Shown here: piece after piece, positions 26,285 through 39,444 of the stretch
Layout: every line of letters begins with the position of its first letter
How positions within the stretch are numbered: the first letter of the stretch is position 1
NCBI RefSeq assembly: GCF_009914755.1
Contig: NC_060926.1
Strand: one strand, 5' to 3'
DNA length: 64,000 nt
Source: the human T2T-CHM13v2.0 reference genome, Homo sapiens
Notes under the pieces: model-generated
The model's input: only the letters and a program-made list of their open reading frames with translations
What the model was told of the DNA's origin: nothing
Database searches by the model: none
Position numbers and translations under genes: made by a program

Positions 26285-28327
26285 GAGTGCCTGTTTATTT
26301 TTACCTGCTTTCAGATTCTCTTCTACCCTTCTAAATTATAAGCTGTTTGATGTTTTATTTGCCCTGTATTTGGGAGGCTCAGTCCAGTATCTTTACTTAG
26401 CAAATGCTTAACAAACATTTTCAGAATAAATAAAAAAAAATACATAATTGAAAATCAATAATAGATCAGAGATGCTATCATAGACCAAAGACTAATACTG
26501 ACTGCCACAACAGTAACTTTTACAACAGAAATCATAACTACAATTCTAAAGATTAGGGGTAGGTTTATTTGATTCTGTCACTGGCAGCTTTGCTAGTTGC
26601 CTTGAATAGCAGAATTAGCATTTGGTCTCACCAGAAGATGAGGAAGGAGAGGGATCAAGTTAGAGGTGGAGAGTTAATATTGGCAAGTGAAATTTAATGT
26701 GCAAAATAGCTGACCAAGGGCATAGTCCTTTTTTAAAGGGGACACAAAGTGATTTTCTCTGCAGACATACACGCAATACCAATCATAAAGGGTGACATTT
26801 ATTGAGCACTTACTAAGTGCCAGACATTGTACATGGATCATCACATTTAATTATTCCCAAGACTCTATGAACTAGGAACTAATATTATCCCCTACTTTGT
26901 AGGTGCAAAAACTTGAGGGCAGAGAGGTCAAGGAACTGGCTTATGGCAGTAAGTGGCAGAGCTGTGACCTAAACTCAGATCCCATGTTTTTAACTGAACT
27001 ATACGCAGATTATACTCCAGGAGTAAAGTCACTCAACGGAAGCAACAAGCGTGACAGGGAATGCTGGGATGGGGGAAGGTAAAAGGAACTCCTTAGACTG
27101 GGATAAGTGTGTACAGACGTATGTATAAGACTACACATGGAAATATTGTTTAAAGAGTGAAAAATAACTAAAATCCTCATTAATAGGAGTTTGGTTAAAC
27201 TGTGCTAGAGCTTTACAATGTAGCACAAAGCAGACATTAAGGGGAAGACGTAGACTTCTATATAGTTACGTGGAAGGTGTTTGTGAAAATGCAGGTCACT
27301 GAAGAGTATGTGTGGTGAGATATCATGATCCCATCTACATTGAATATATATGTATATAAATACGGGCTGAATTTTAAAAGACATAAATTGTGCTTGGTAG
27401 TTATCTCCTGGGATTGCAGAGGAGGAACAATGACACTTTATGCCATCTCCTCCTACTCTTCTGTATGGTGATGTGAATATATTCATTTTATAGTTTTTAG
27501 AAATAATAAAACTGTACTAATTTTGAAAAACAGTAAACTCTGACATTGCCTATTAGCATTCTCGATATTCCTGTGCAATGCATAAACATAACTTTTTAAA
27601 AGATATGTACACACATGTGTGAGTTTTCTTTGTCAAATACTTTTCTATAATCTTTAAATCAAGCATGCCAAAAAGGTAAAAGCTTTCCTGTTTCAGTGTA
27701 GGAGATAGTCGTCTGCAAAGGAAAGAGATGTAGGGGATAGAAACAGGAATGAAAAAGATGACTGAGCTGTTCGAGGGACTTATGTTCCTAAGTGAGCTAA
27801 TTGGAAATCTAATATGAACAGTGCAACCGAATAACTATTGTAAAGCAGTATTTGTAAACAATAAAAGATGATTATCATAAGTACCATTGTTGCAAAAACT
27901 ATTTTATTGATCACATGCAGTGGTGATCTGTAGGAATGATTGTTGTGATGTTTGCTGTAACACAAAATGAAACATGGGAAGTGGCTGAGATCTTTAGGAT
28001 GTGTGTGGTTCATTTTTTGAAAGCAAATGTTGTCTCAGAAGCATCTGTGAGACTCTGCCAGGATCCACCGTTCTACAAAATATCTGTGATGGACATTGAT
28101 AAGATTGATCTGTTGAGGAAAGGCAAGGTGTCAGTAAGATAGTCTGAGAGCTTCTTGGATTTCATGTAAAAGAGTGCTGGAAATAGAATTTCTTGGGGAA
28201 CATTCCAACTAACTCATCACTGAAGGTGCTTTACATTGAACCCTCAGCAAAGTTAGATTATCAGAAAAAAAATATAAACTGCTGTGGAGGGGACAGGAAG
28301 GAAAGTCAGGGAGGGAGGGGGGCAAGG

Positions 28328-28379
28328 AGAGAAAGAGCGAGAGAGAGGAGAGAAAGAGAGAGAGAGAGGAGAGAGAGAG
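28328..28379. repeat. (GA)n-rich simple repeat
   Basis: Directly visible GA/GGA repeat. Confidence 0.9.
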
Positions 28380-29039
28380 CACAAGTACACACTTCAATGC
28401 ACATCTATAAATCATCCTGAAAACTACTGATAAATTATTTTAGCAATGTTCCTCAGATGTAACATTTCAAGAAATATCATTTTTGCTTTTTATTTGGCAT
28501 AATTTACTAGCCAATTTAGGAAGTTCCCCTCACATCAGTAACATACAGTACATCACCCAGTATGTCAGAGGACACAATGGCATAAGTTTGCCTTTTGCAA
28601 GGTTTGAGGGATGGCCATTTCCCTACCTGACTCAGGAAAGTCTGTAGCTGATATCCATCTTCAAGTTTGTGGTTCTTTCTCTCTCTATATATATTTGAGC
28701 TCAGCAGTCATGCTGGAGTCCAGAGTAGGTGATTCTTTCTGCTTTAGCTTGACTCCTCCTTAAGATTGTAACTCTCTCAGTTTTACATTTTTTGTCAGAC
28801 GTAAGCTGACATTCCACAAGGAGAGGAGGAAATTCTGTGGTTCACATCCAGTGGTGCTTGGAACCTGATTGGTTGTCATTCTTCCAGCTAGTTTGTCACG
28901 AGTGGATATCTGTCCTGGATTCCCAAGGATCAAGGCTGCCCCATTAGCCAGGAAGTAGGGAGATAGAGGAGGTCACTTGAGAAAGAGCTGCTTCTTTGCC
29001 GCCTCCAGGTTGTGTCTGTTTCCTCTCATATCTGAAGAC

Positions 29040-29100
29040 AGATGTGCTGGCAGAAGCAAAGTCCTTTGTCCGGCCACGTGCAAATGCATGGGACATAAAT
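29040..29100 (-). promoter_or_regulatory. Candidate distal kappa germline (k0) promoter
   Basis: Octamer variant ATTTGCAC on minus (29078-29085) overlapping E-box CACGTG (29075-29080), ~4.1 kb upstream of IGKJ1. A distal sterile-transcript promoter is known at about this distance. Confidence 0.5.
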
Positions 29101-29505
29101 ATGAACAGAGATTCTTGTCCCACTTTAGAAAATGTAGATGTTCATCTTGTTTCCAAGGGGACAGTAAGGCTGCAGGTGTTTTTTGACTTCCTTGAGAGAA
29201 AGAGAAGATAGCAGCAATTGTGTCAGGGCTTACTATCCTAGGAGGGGTTCAGCCACCGAGATTTACATATTCAGTGCTGTGGTTTTTGTTTCATTTTGCA
29301 AGAGGAATGAGCCCCTCAAGCTCTGTCTTAGAGTTCCCTGCCCTCCCTGTCTACCTACTTGGCACCCAGCCCCTATGTTCTCTTCTCGTATTAAGGCATA
29401 GAAATCATGGGCAACTACTGTTCAGGCTGGCTCTGGATGAAGTTGTGAAATCGATGAGTTGGGGCTTAGTTTTGCAGACCCCCAAATGCCCTGATAATCC
29501 TGGCT

Positions 29506-30498
29506 CGAAGGGGTGTCCAGCCCCTCCACACCTGTGGGTATTTCTCGTCAGGTGGGACGAGAGACTGAGAAAAGAAATAAGACACAGAGACAAAGTATAG
29601 AGAAGGAACAGTGGGCCCAAGGGACCGTCACTCAGCATACGGAGGACCCGCGCTGGCACCGGTCTCTGAGTTCCCTCAGTATTTATTGATTACTATTTTC
29701 ACTACCTCAGCAAGGGGAATGCGGCAGGAGAACAGGGTGATAGTGGGGAGAAGGTCAGCAAGAAAACATGTGAGCAAAGGAATCTGTGTCACAAGTAAAT
29801 TCAAGGGAAGGTACTATGCCTGGATGTGCACGTAGGCCAGATTTATGCTTCTCTCACCCAAACATCTCAGTGTAGTAAAGAACAACAGAGCAGCATTGCC
29901 GCCAGCATATCTCGCCTCCAGCCACAGAGCGGTTTTCTCCTATCTCAGAATAGAACGAATGTACAATCAGGTTTTACACTGAGACATGCCGTTCCCAGGG
30001 GCATGCAGGAGACAGAGGGCTTCCTCTTATCTCAACCGCAAGAGGCCTTCCTCTTTTACTAATCCTCCTCAGCGCAGACCCTTCACGGGTGTCAGGCTGG
30101 GGGACGGTCAGATCTTTCCCATCCCGCAAGGCCATATCTCAGGCTGTCTCAGTGGGGAGAAACCTTGGACAATACCCAGTTTTCCTGGGCAGAGGTCCCT
30201 GCGGCTTTCCGCAGTGCACTGTGCCCCTAGTTAATCGAGAATGGAGAATGGCGATGACTTTTACCAAGCATACTGCCTGTAAACATGTTGTTAACAAGGC
30301 ACATTCTGCACAGCCCTAGATCCCTTAAATCTTGATTCCATACAACACATGTTTCTGTGAGCACAAGGTTGGGGCTAAAGTTACAGATTAACAGCATCTC
30401 AAGGCAAAACAATTGTTCAGGATACAGATCAAAATGGAGTTTCTTATGTCTTCCTTTTCTACATAGACAAAGTAACAGTCTGATCTCTCTTTTCCCTA
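29506..30498 (-). mobile_element. Solo HERV-K(HML-2) LTR5 (LTR5A/B-like)
   Basis: Minus strand begins tagggaaaagagagatcagactgttac and ends cccacaggtgtggaggggctggacacccctt; ~990 bp with internal AATAAA. Flanked by the direct repeat atcctggct. Confidence 0.92.
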
Positions 30499-31516
30499 TC
30501 CTGGCTGAGGCTAGAGCTCCAAGTCTAAGAAGGAGGATAGGAGGCGGACAGGCCAATGGAAACAATGAATGAACAACAGATGGAAACAAGGAATAGTGTG
30601 GATTTTTGAGTTCATTAGCGCGTCCTCCACTCTTTCAAAACCTCCTTTGCAATGACAGAAGAAATATAAAAATGATAATGAATTTATTTCGTGGTTGGAG
30701 AATCATGAGAGGTCCTATTAGAAGAAAAAACTTTGAAGAACACCACAGAGATTTAAACCATGTCATTGAATTCATAGAGAAACTGGAATTTAGAAACATT
30801 TTTTCCATTGCAAAAACAGGAGGTGTCCTTGAAGCAGCCAGTTCTAGTTTTCCCCACAGAGCCCCAGAAAAGCCGTACTTCAGAGCTATCGGGCTGGGAA
30901 TGGTGATAGGTGGACAGTGGAGAGTGGAATAACACCTGGGTCATCTCTCTGCTGGTTACAGACAGCTTGGCCCTCATGCTTCAGGCCGTGGGAATAGAGA
31001 TTGAAAGAAAAAGGGGGCAAGTTAATAGGCATTCAATAGTAATGGGATTTAAAAAACCCTCCCAAACCACTAGAAGGAAAAGAAATAGACAAAAATAATA
31101 AACCAATCCAGCAAAGTTTAGGAAAAGTGAATAAAAAATTGAGGTAAGCACGATACATAAAAGTACAAATTAAGTTTGAAGGACCAAGTCAAAATATACA
31201 GTCACAAACTATTGTGAATGTTAAATTATTTAAAACTTTAAATAATTTATCTAAAAATAAAAATAAACCAAAAAGATGACTATGTATGTTTTCAAGGATA
31301 TTTGATTCACTAGAGAAACAGTTCATTTGCTGTTATGATGATTAAAAACTAGATTGCAAAAGTTAGATGTTAATGTAAAGAAAACTTTATGAAAATGATA
31401 ATGGATTTTTATCTAGTAGAAAAGATAACCCCAATGCTTATGGTTTTATTGCTCTGTAGGACATTAACAAGTTGTGCATCTTATTTAGCAAACTTATTCT
31501 AACATTAGTAGATGTG

Positions 31517-31610
31517 AGTGTGTGTGTGTGCGTGTGTGTGTGTGTACGTATACATATAGGTGTGTGCAGGTATGTGTATATGTATGTATGTAGGTATATA
31601 TGTATATACT
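31517..31610. repeat. (TG)n/(TA)-rich microsatellite
   Basis: Directly visible. Confidence 0.9.
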
Positions 31611-31644
31611 AGCAAATGATAAAGTTGGTTCAAAGGACGATGTA

Positions 31645-32088
31645 CAGTAGTACCTCCTTATCCACAATTTTGCTTTCTGGGGTTTCAGTTACCTGTAGGC
31701 AACTGTAGTCTGAAAATATTAAAAAGAAATTTCTAGAAATAAGAATTTACTCATTTTAAATTGTGTGCCTTAGTAGCGTGATGACATATCATGCCCTTCC
31801 GCTCCATACCAGCCTGGGACTGAATCATCCCTTTGTCCAGCGTCTCCATGCTGTCTACACTTACCCTCCTGTTTAGATGCTTAGTAGCCCTCTTGGTCAT
31901 CAGATTGACTGTCATGATATCCTAGTGTTTGTGCTCAAGTAACTCTTATTTTACTGAATTGTTCTATTTTATTACTAGTTATTGTTGTTAACCTCTTACT
32001 GTGACTAATTAATGCATTTTATCATAGGTAAGTGTGTATAGGAAAAAACATAGCATATGTAGGGTTGTGCAATAGCATCCACTGGGGG
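31645..32088 (+). mobile_element. MER44-like TcMar-Tigger DNA transposon relic
   Basis: Follows TA and begins cagtagtacctccttatccac...gtttcagttacc; the body resembles the recalled MER44 consensus. A shorter related fragment is at ~55055-55190. Confidence 0.75.
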
Positions 32089-32842
32089 GAGAATTTTGCT
32101 GAAGTTAGAACAGAGAAGACTGTCCAGAAGAAAGAATTTTCTATACTTGCCACCTTTTTTCTGTTTGGTGTCCTCATGTAAGTCTCAGTGTTACGATCTG
32201 TCTCCCCACCTCAATCACTGCCCTCTGTCTCTGGAAGGAAATTCCCCTTGGGCTGAGGCCAGCATGGTGCCAGACAGGAGAGATCCAGTACCCACTCTGG
32301 AAAATTTCATAAGATAACTGGTTCTCCACCTTCTTCAGGGACCTTTTATCATATCTCATGTGCCCATGGCATTTGTCACTGCCATCTGCACAACACTGAA
32401 CTCCAGCAACATCAACTGAGAAGAAAGAGAGAGAGAGGGAGAAAGAGAAAGAGAGAGAGAGAAAAGTCGTTTGTTGATTGAGCCACACAAAATTTTTTTT
32501 CTAATTAAATTATATATCCAGGTAGCTGCAATATGCTACAATCCCAAATACACATATTTATTAAATATGATTCAAAGAGCATTCATTGAGTACTCTGTAT
32601 CAAGGCACAATGTAAAATAAGTGCAAAATTACTGGTGATTGTTACGCCTTTCTGTGGGACTCGACTCTCTCTGGTTGGAGGTACTGTGTGGGAGCACGTG
32701 AGCTCCAATCAGGTGGTCTGGAGGGAGCAAAATGCAGCTGTTGGAGGTTAAATATGAAGGGAAATAGCAGTAGGCATCGGATAGCATAGAATGAAAATAA
32801 AAGTGCATATACTTCCAGTGCCTGTTTTACAGATTCCTTGTC

Positions 32843-33138
32843 TTTTTTTTTTTTTTTGAAGACGGAGTCTCCCTCTGTCGCCCAGGCTGGAGTGCAATGC
32901 TGTGATCTTGGCTCACTGCAACCTCCGCCTTCTGGGTTCAAGCGATTCTCCTGCCTCAGCCTGCTGAGTAGCTGAGATTACAGGTGCGCACCATCACGCC
33001 CGGCTAATTTTTGTATTTTTAGTAGAGGCGGTGTTTCACTATGTTGGTAAGGCTGGTCTCGAGCTCCTGACCTCGTGATCCACCTGCCTCAGCCTCCCAA
33101 AGTGCTGGGATTACAGGCATGAGCCAGTGCGCCTGGCC
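32843..33138 (-). mobile_element. Alu (AluS-like)
   Basis: Poly(T) followed by a reverse Alu body; TSD-like tccttgt on both sides. Confidence 0.93.
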
Positions 33139-33297
33139 TCCTTGTTTTTTAAAACTAGTTCAAACCCTCAACTCATAATTTGGGAAATTCAGGTCATAGG
33201 ATGCCCTGTTATTTATAAGGTATCCAGCAATGCATGGAACAGAATATTTAACTTTTAAAAAACTTATATTAGGTTGTTGCAAAAGTAATTGCTGTCA

Positions 33298-33787
33298 TTT
33301 TCTCCTTTCTTTTTCTTTTTCTTTCTTTCTTTCTTTCTTTCTTTTTCTTTCTTTCTTTCTCTTTCTTCTTTTCTTTCTTTCTTTTTCTTTCTTTCTCTTT
33401 CTTTCCTTTCTTTCTTTTCTTTCTCTTTCTTTTCTTTCCTTTTTCTTTCTTGTCTTTCTCTTTCTTTCTCTTTCTTTTTCTTTCTTTCTCTTTCTTTCCT
33501 TTCTTTCTTTTCTTTCTTTCTCTTTCTTTCCTTTCTTTTCTTTCCCCTTTCTTTCTTTCTTTCTTTCTTTCTTGTCTTTCTTTCTTTCTTCTTTCTTTCT
33601 TTTTTTCTTTCCTTCTTCCTTCCTTCCTTTCCTTTCCTTCCTTCCTCCCTCTCTCCCTCCCTTCCTTCCTTTTCCTTCCTTCCTTCCCTTCCATTCCCTT
33701 CCCTTCCCCTTCCTTCCTTCCCTCCCTCCCTTCCTTCCTTCTCTCTCTCTTTCTTCCTTTCTTTCTTTCTCTTTCCTTTCTTCTTTC
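33298..33787. repeat. ~490-bp (TTTC)n/(TTCC)n polypyrimidine tract
   Basis: Almost pure C/T on the plus strand; source of several spurious F/L/S- and K/R/E-rich ORFs. Confidence 0.97.
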
Positions 33788-34169
33788 GTTGTTGTGTTCC
33801 AGAACGATTTAGTGTTACCTACAGTTCCCAGAGAAAGAATCCTGTCTTGAGGGGTGGCTGGGGCAGGGCTACTACTCTCCCTGCTCTGTGCTCTAGTGGC
33901 CAGGTGGATCAGCTCCAGCTGCCAGGTCAAATTTCCTAGGGAATGGAATTCTGTCTTTTTAACAAGAACAAAATAGGTGCTTAGTAAATATAAGATGCCT
34001 TCAGCTTTTAGTATATGCATAATCATAAATATAAATTTGTTTAAAACCTGAACTATTCTGATGTTCTCACTGGCTAGCCAAACTTAAAATGTGTATTTGG
34101 ACTTGAATTTCCCACCAAGGGTGTTACTAGCTTCTTTACTGTTGCAGCTGCCTTTTGTTTTGTTTTTGA

Positions 34170-35790
34170 AAGTTTAAAAAAATACACAAGGGGGCTTTTG
34201 CTTCCTGAAAGATGGAGTAGAATTACTTTTACCTATTTCTCTCAAGTAAAGTAAAAACCCCGGACATTGTACGTAAAGCAAACTTATGAAGACTCTGGAA
34301 GCTGGAGAGAAGAAGGCAGACCAGTTAGGAACATTGGGACCCAAGGAGCGACCCAGCAGTGCATTCCACGGGGTTTCTTTTTGCCTCATCCATTCCAGAC
34401 TTGGTTCTGGAGAAGTTTGTCAACCCAGAAACACCAACAGGCCCAGAAAAACATAAAGCCCTAATAAAAAGCTGGCTCTCTCTAGTCAAAGGAGAAAGAA
34501 AGGGGAAGCCCAGTAAAACAATTCTTAGGCAGTAACGGCTCTGCTCCATTCAAACACCCAACTTCTCCTTCCTGAGTGGCAAGAGAGGAAATTCGCTGAG
34601 ATGAGTTTAAATGAGATCCAAAGCCTCATAACACAATACTCCAAAGTCCAGATTTCAAATGAAAACCACACATCCCAACAGGAACCAGGGGAACCAGGAA
34701 AATCTCAGCTTTGATGAGACAGTTAAGAGGCGCTAATACTGACATGACAGAGACGTTAGAATTACCTGACAAGAATGTTAAAGCTGCCATCGTAAGAACA
34801 CATCAAACTCAACACCACCATCAATGAGTAAGATCATAAATCAACATTGCTGGAAAACTCCAACCAGCACCAGCAGAATTCGCATTCTTTTCAAGTGCTC
34901 ATGGAACATATACCAAAATTGCCATATACTGGGCCATGTAACAAACCTCAACAAATTTAATAGAACTGAAATCACATGAAGTGTGTTCTCTGACCACCTG
35001 GAATCAAACTGGAAATCGATAATAGAAAAATAATGGGAAAAATGCCAAACCCTTGGAAACAAAACAACACACTTCTAAACAATCCATGGGAGATTTCAAG
35101 GAAAATAAAAGATTATATATTGAATAGAATAAAACTGAAGATGTAACATATTATAATATCAAGGATACAGTAAAAGCCCAAAGAAATGAAAACTTATCCC
35201 AGAAAAATGAAAACTTAGCACAAAAACGTATACAATACACAACTATTCATAGTGGTTTTATTTGTATTAAAAAAAAACTGGAATCAGTCAAAATGTCCTA
35301 CAATAGATTAATGGTAAAACAAACTGCGGTACATCCATCCCATGGAATAATTAGTAATAAAAAGTAGTGAGTTGGGCACGGTGGTTCATACCTACAATCC
35401 ATACCTACATACCTACAGCACTTTGTGAAGTAGAGGTGGGAGAATCGCTTGACCTAGGAGTTTGAGACCAGCGTAGGCAACATAGTGAGACCATGTCTCT
35501 AAAAAAAATTTAAAAAAATTAGCTGTGTGTTGTGTCCCATGCCTGTAGTCCTAGCTACTTGGGAGGCTGAGGCAGGAGGATGCTTGAGCCCAGGAGTTCG
35601 AGGCTGCTAGAGAGAGTTATGATCTCGCCACTGCACTCCACCCTGTGTGACAGAGTGAGACTCTGTCTCTAAAAAAAATTAAAAAAAAAATAGTGAGCTG
35701 TTGATACACATGACTTCAATGGATCTGAGGGGCATTATGCTGAGTATAAAGGTCACATATTGCATGATTCCATTTACATAACGTTTTTGT
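34170..35790 (+). mobile_element. Old L1M fragments with an inserted AluJ (~35372-35690)
   Basis: L1 ORF2/3'-like sequence (ttcttttcaagtgctcatggaacat..., caaaatgtcctacaatag...) interrupted by a forward Alu with poly(A). Confidence 0.75.
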
Positions 35791-38269
35791 CTTTTCAAAA
35801 ATATTGCAAGGGGTACTTGGTTGCAGGGTGTGCGCATTTTTCAATTTACAAATTGGCCTCAAATTCGTGTATTAAGTTTCATTCCCACATTTGCAATGAT
35901 AGGTCCTCCATGGAGTTTCCTCACTCTACATCCTCTCCAATACTTGATATTATCAGGCTTTTTAATTTTTTTCCACTCAAATGGTCAATACATTGTATTT
36001 TATTTTTGGTTTAAAATACATATTTGTGTTTTCTGATCACTCATGAGGTTGACCATTTAAAAATGTTTATTGGCTATTGGGGTCTCATCTGTTGTGAATT
36101 GCCTGTTTTTAAGGTATGCCCACTTTTTTATTGAGTTTCTTATTTTTTTCACTATTGCATAGGAGTTTTCAATCTTTCTTCCCTCCTCTTATTCTTTAAT
36201 AACAGAATCCCAATTTTTTTACAGGGCAACAGTGTCCCAGCCAAAAATCTAATTCCTCAGCTTCTTTGCAGTTAGGACTGTTGAGACATCATCTGAAATC
36301 TATTGTGCATTTCTGGAAAAATTTTGCTTGATGGACAGAGGCACCACTGCTTATTTCTCCTTTGTGTTCTATCTTCTTCTATCTGGAACTTGGCAGAAAC
36401 ACCCATCTTGCAGGATGAAAGTCACAAGCTAGAGTGGAGGAGCAGGCAGGGAAAGGACCTGGGTCCTGCAGCAGCTGTCTAGCTCTGAACCACCTGCCTC
36501 CAGAGTCCGCCTTGGTGAGAAAAATGTATCTCTTTATCTGATCAAGCTCCTCTAGTTAGATTTCAACTACATATAGCTGAGTGAATACTGATGAATACTG
36601 AATAATGAATGCTGGTACAACTTTCTAATATCTTCTCTTAGAGTTCTGCATTGAAGTTTTTAAATAAGTTTAGTCTATACCTTTCTTTTCCATTTTCAGT
36701 CTTCAATTTTGACTTCAAGATAATTCTAGTCCTATGATGTGATTTATGTTTCTAAATAATGGCATTTACCCTCTTTCACTATTCCCTGGAATTGGAAAAA
36801 ATAGGTTATTTATTTATTTATTTATTTATTTATTTGGGTTTGGGTAAAACTTAACCATATGTTTAACAGGACCTGGACTTTGATTTAAGCAAACTTAGGG
36901 TAAAAACAGTTTAAAGACAATCAAGGAAATTGGAATAGAAAATGGGTATTGGATATTAGGGAATTACTCTCAATTATGCTGGGAATCATAATGGAATGGT
37001 GGTTGTTTTTTAAAAGTCCTTATCAGTTGGCAACGTATTAATGATTGGCTGAAAAATACTGCCAGTGTCTGTGTGTGAGGAGGTGAGAGAACAGAGTAAT
37101 TGGATGAGGGGGGAGGCGGTAGTTGAAACAAGATTAGCAAAATGTTAATTTGTGAAGCTTAGGGTTCATTATACTATTTGTGTATATTCATATTTCTATA
37201 AACACTAAAAATGAAAATAAAGTGGTCTCGTGTTGCTGACTGTGACTGTCACACTCTGTCAGCAGATGGCAGTGTTGTATAAACCATGAGCCTACATAGG
37301 CCTAATGGATCATTGTGCTTGCTAAGTAACAAAATCAATGATACGATATAAACCAGGTCAGATTTTATTGCTTTTAGACAAAAGGGCAAGGTAAGATTTG
37401 CAGAGTAAAGAACAGGTACAGAGTAATAATAAATTATTTTAAAAATTCTAAGTGATTCATTAAAGTCTTATAGACAAGTTGGGTAGAAAAGTACGTAAAA
37501 ACCCCATAAACCTATAAACTTACTAGAATTATAAAATCATTTGGTCTCTCTCTCTCTCTCAAACTCTCCCCTTATTTGCATTTTAAATCAGTATTTTCAT
37601 ACATATATATTTGCAAAACCTTATTGATTTCATTGATGAAAATGACTTGGAGTTTGCTTTAAAACCTTACACGATAAACATAAATATTATTCTGTAGTTC
37701 TTTTTACCCAACTTTTAACTGGCATAGTTTAATCTATGAAAATAGCTCCATATTTTAAAAGATTCTCTAACTATGACAACAGGCAACATTTCATAGATGA
37801 TAAAATGTCTTATCAACTAATACCTAATATTTTAACTTAGGTTATGTACAGTAGCTTTAAGAACCAGTTGTAGAATTTGATATATAGAAAATAATATAGA
37901 CCCTGTCACTGGGCAAACTTATGGTGGAATCATTTTTTGTGTTGTTGTGGACAAATTAGTTATTCTTTCTGAACCCCTGTTTGGATATATATTTTTTAAA
38001 GCCCATAATTTGGGCATCCTCATAAAGTAGTGACGTCTGAAATTAAACAATCAATGTAAGAGAGCTAGTTTCCTTTCTCGGCAAGAGAATATGACTCTAA
38101 AATTTATGCCCAAGTTAGACTATTTTTATCTTGCCTCTTTCCTCTAGAATATTTGGGTTTAATTAAAAATTTACAATGAAATTAGAAAAATAAAAATAAA
38201 AATCGAAAATCAAATGGAGATAAAATAACAGTGGTAATCAAAATAGACCCCTATTTTGATCTAAAAAAG

Positions 38270-39160
38270 AAAAGAAAAAAAGATAATTTGGACATCATAA
38301 AATTAAACTTCTGCTCTTCACATGGCACGTTAAGAAAATAAAAGGCGCCACACATTGGGAGAACATATTCATAAAACACAAATGTGAGAAAAAAATCATA
38401 TGCAGAATATACAAAGAACTCTCACAGTCCATAGTAACAACACCCCAATAAAAACTTGACCAAAAATTTGAAAGGATATGTCATCAAAGAAGGTATATAG
38501 TGAAGTTAAAATACTAGGCTCGAGCAAGTGGAACCCTCATTCACTGCTGATGGGAGTGCAAAAGAGCACAGCAACTTTGGAAAACAGTTTGGCAGTTTCT
38601 TATAAAGTTCAACATACACCTACCAGATGACTCAGCAGTCCCAAAGCTAGGAATTTACCCAAGCGAAATGAAATCCTGAGTTCACACAAAAACCTGCATT
38701 GGAAAGCTTACAGCAACTTTATTCTTAGCAGCTAAAAATTAGAAATGACCAAATGGCTTTAAATTGTTAACTAGATAAACAATCTGTGGCATATCCACAC
38801 AATGGAATACTACTCAACAATAGACAGTGAACTAGTGCTACACGAAACAGCAAGGATGAATCTCAAATGCATTCTCCTAAGTGAACAAGTGAACAAAGCC
38901 AGACTCAAAAGGCTTCACATTGCATGGCTCTATTTACATGACATTCAGGAAGAGGCAAACGATTGGATCAGACAAAAACCAGTGGTTGCCAAGGGCTGGG
39001 GTGAAGGAAGGGGCATAAAGGAACTTTAAAGGATGAGGGACTTGTCCTATATCTTGAATGTGGTTGTGGTTACACAGCTATGCATTTGCCAAAACTTATA
39101 GAAATATACACGAAAAGGTGGCTTTTATTGTAATTTATACCTCAGTAAACCTCACTTAAA
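38270..39160 (+). mobile_element. Old L1M 3' fragment
   Basis: Typical L1 3' motifs (caactttggaaaacagtttggcagtttc, atggaatactactcaacaat). Confidence 0.8.
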
Positions 39161-39444
39161 ATAAGCAGTTTTTGATTGAACATAAAATCTGGTTCTGAGC
39201 TTCTTGGAAACCGACTAAATGAAGATAATGTGTTATGTTACATAACTTTCATCTAGGGGAAAAATTTCTAGTTTCTACGTGTGACTGAAGGTTTTCCTGG
39301 GATAAAAGTTGAAGACAATTTCTATCTTGGGGCATTGCATAGGAGCTGCTAAATGGATAATATTGGGGGCACTGCATAGAAACGGCATTGGATAATACTC
39401 TCAGTAGTAATTTCATAGAGAATAAAAAACAGAATTCGTATGAT

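Noticed and set aside
33230-34026. Long ORFs of 120-243 aa on both strands
   Set aside because: They are stop-free readings of the (TTTC)n/(TTCC)n tract; low complexity, not genes.
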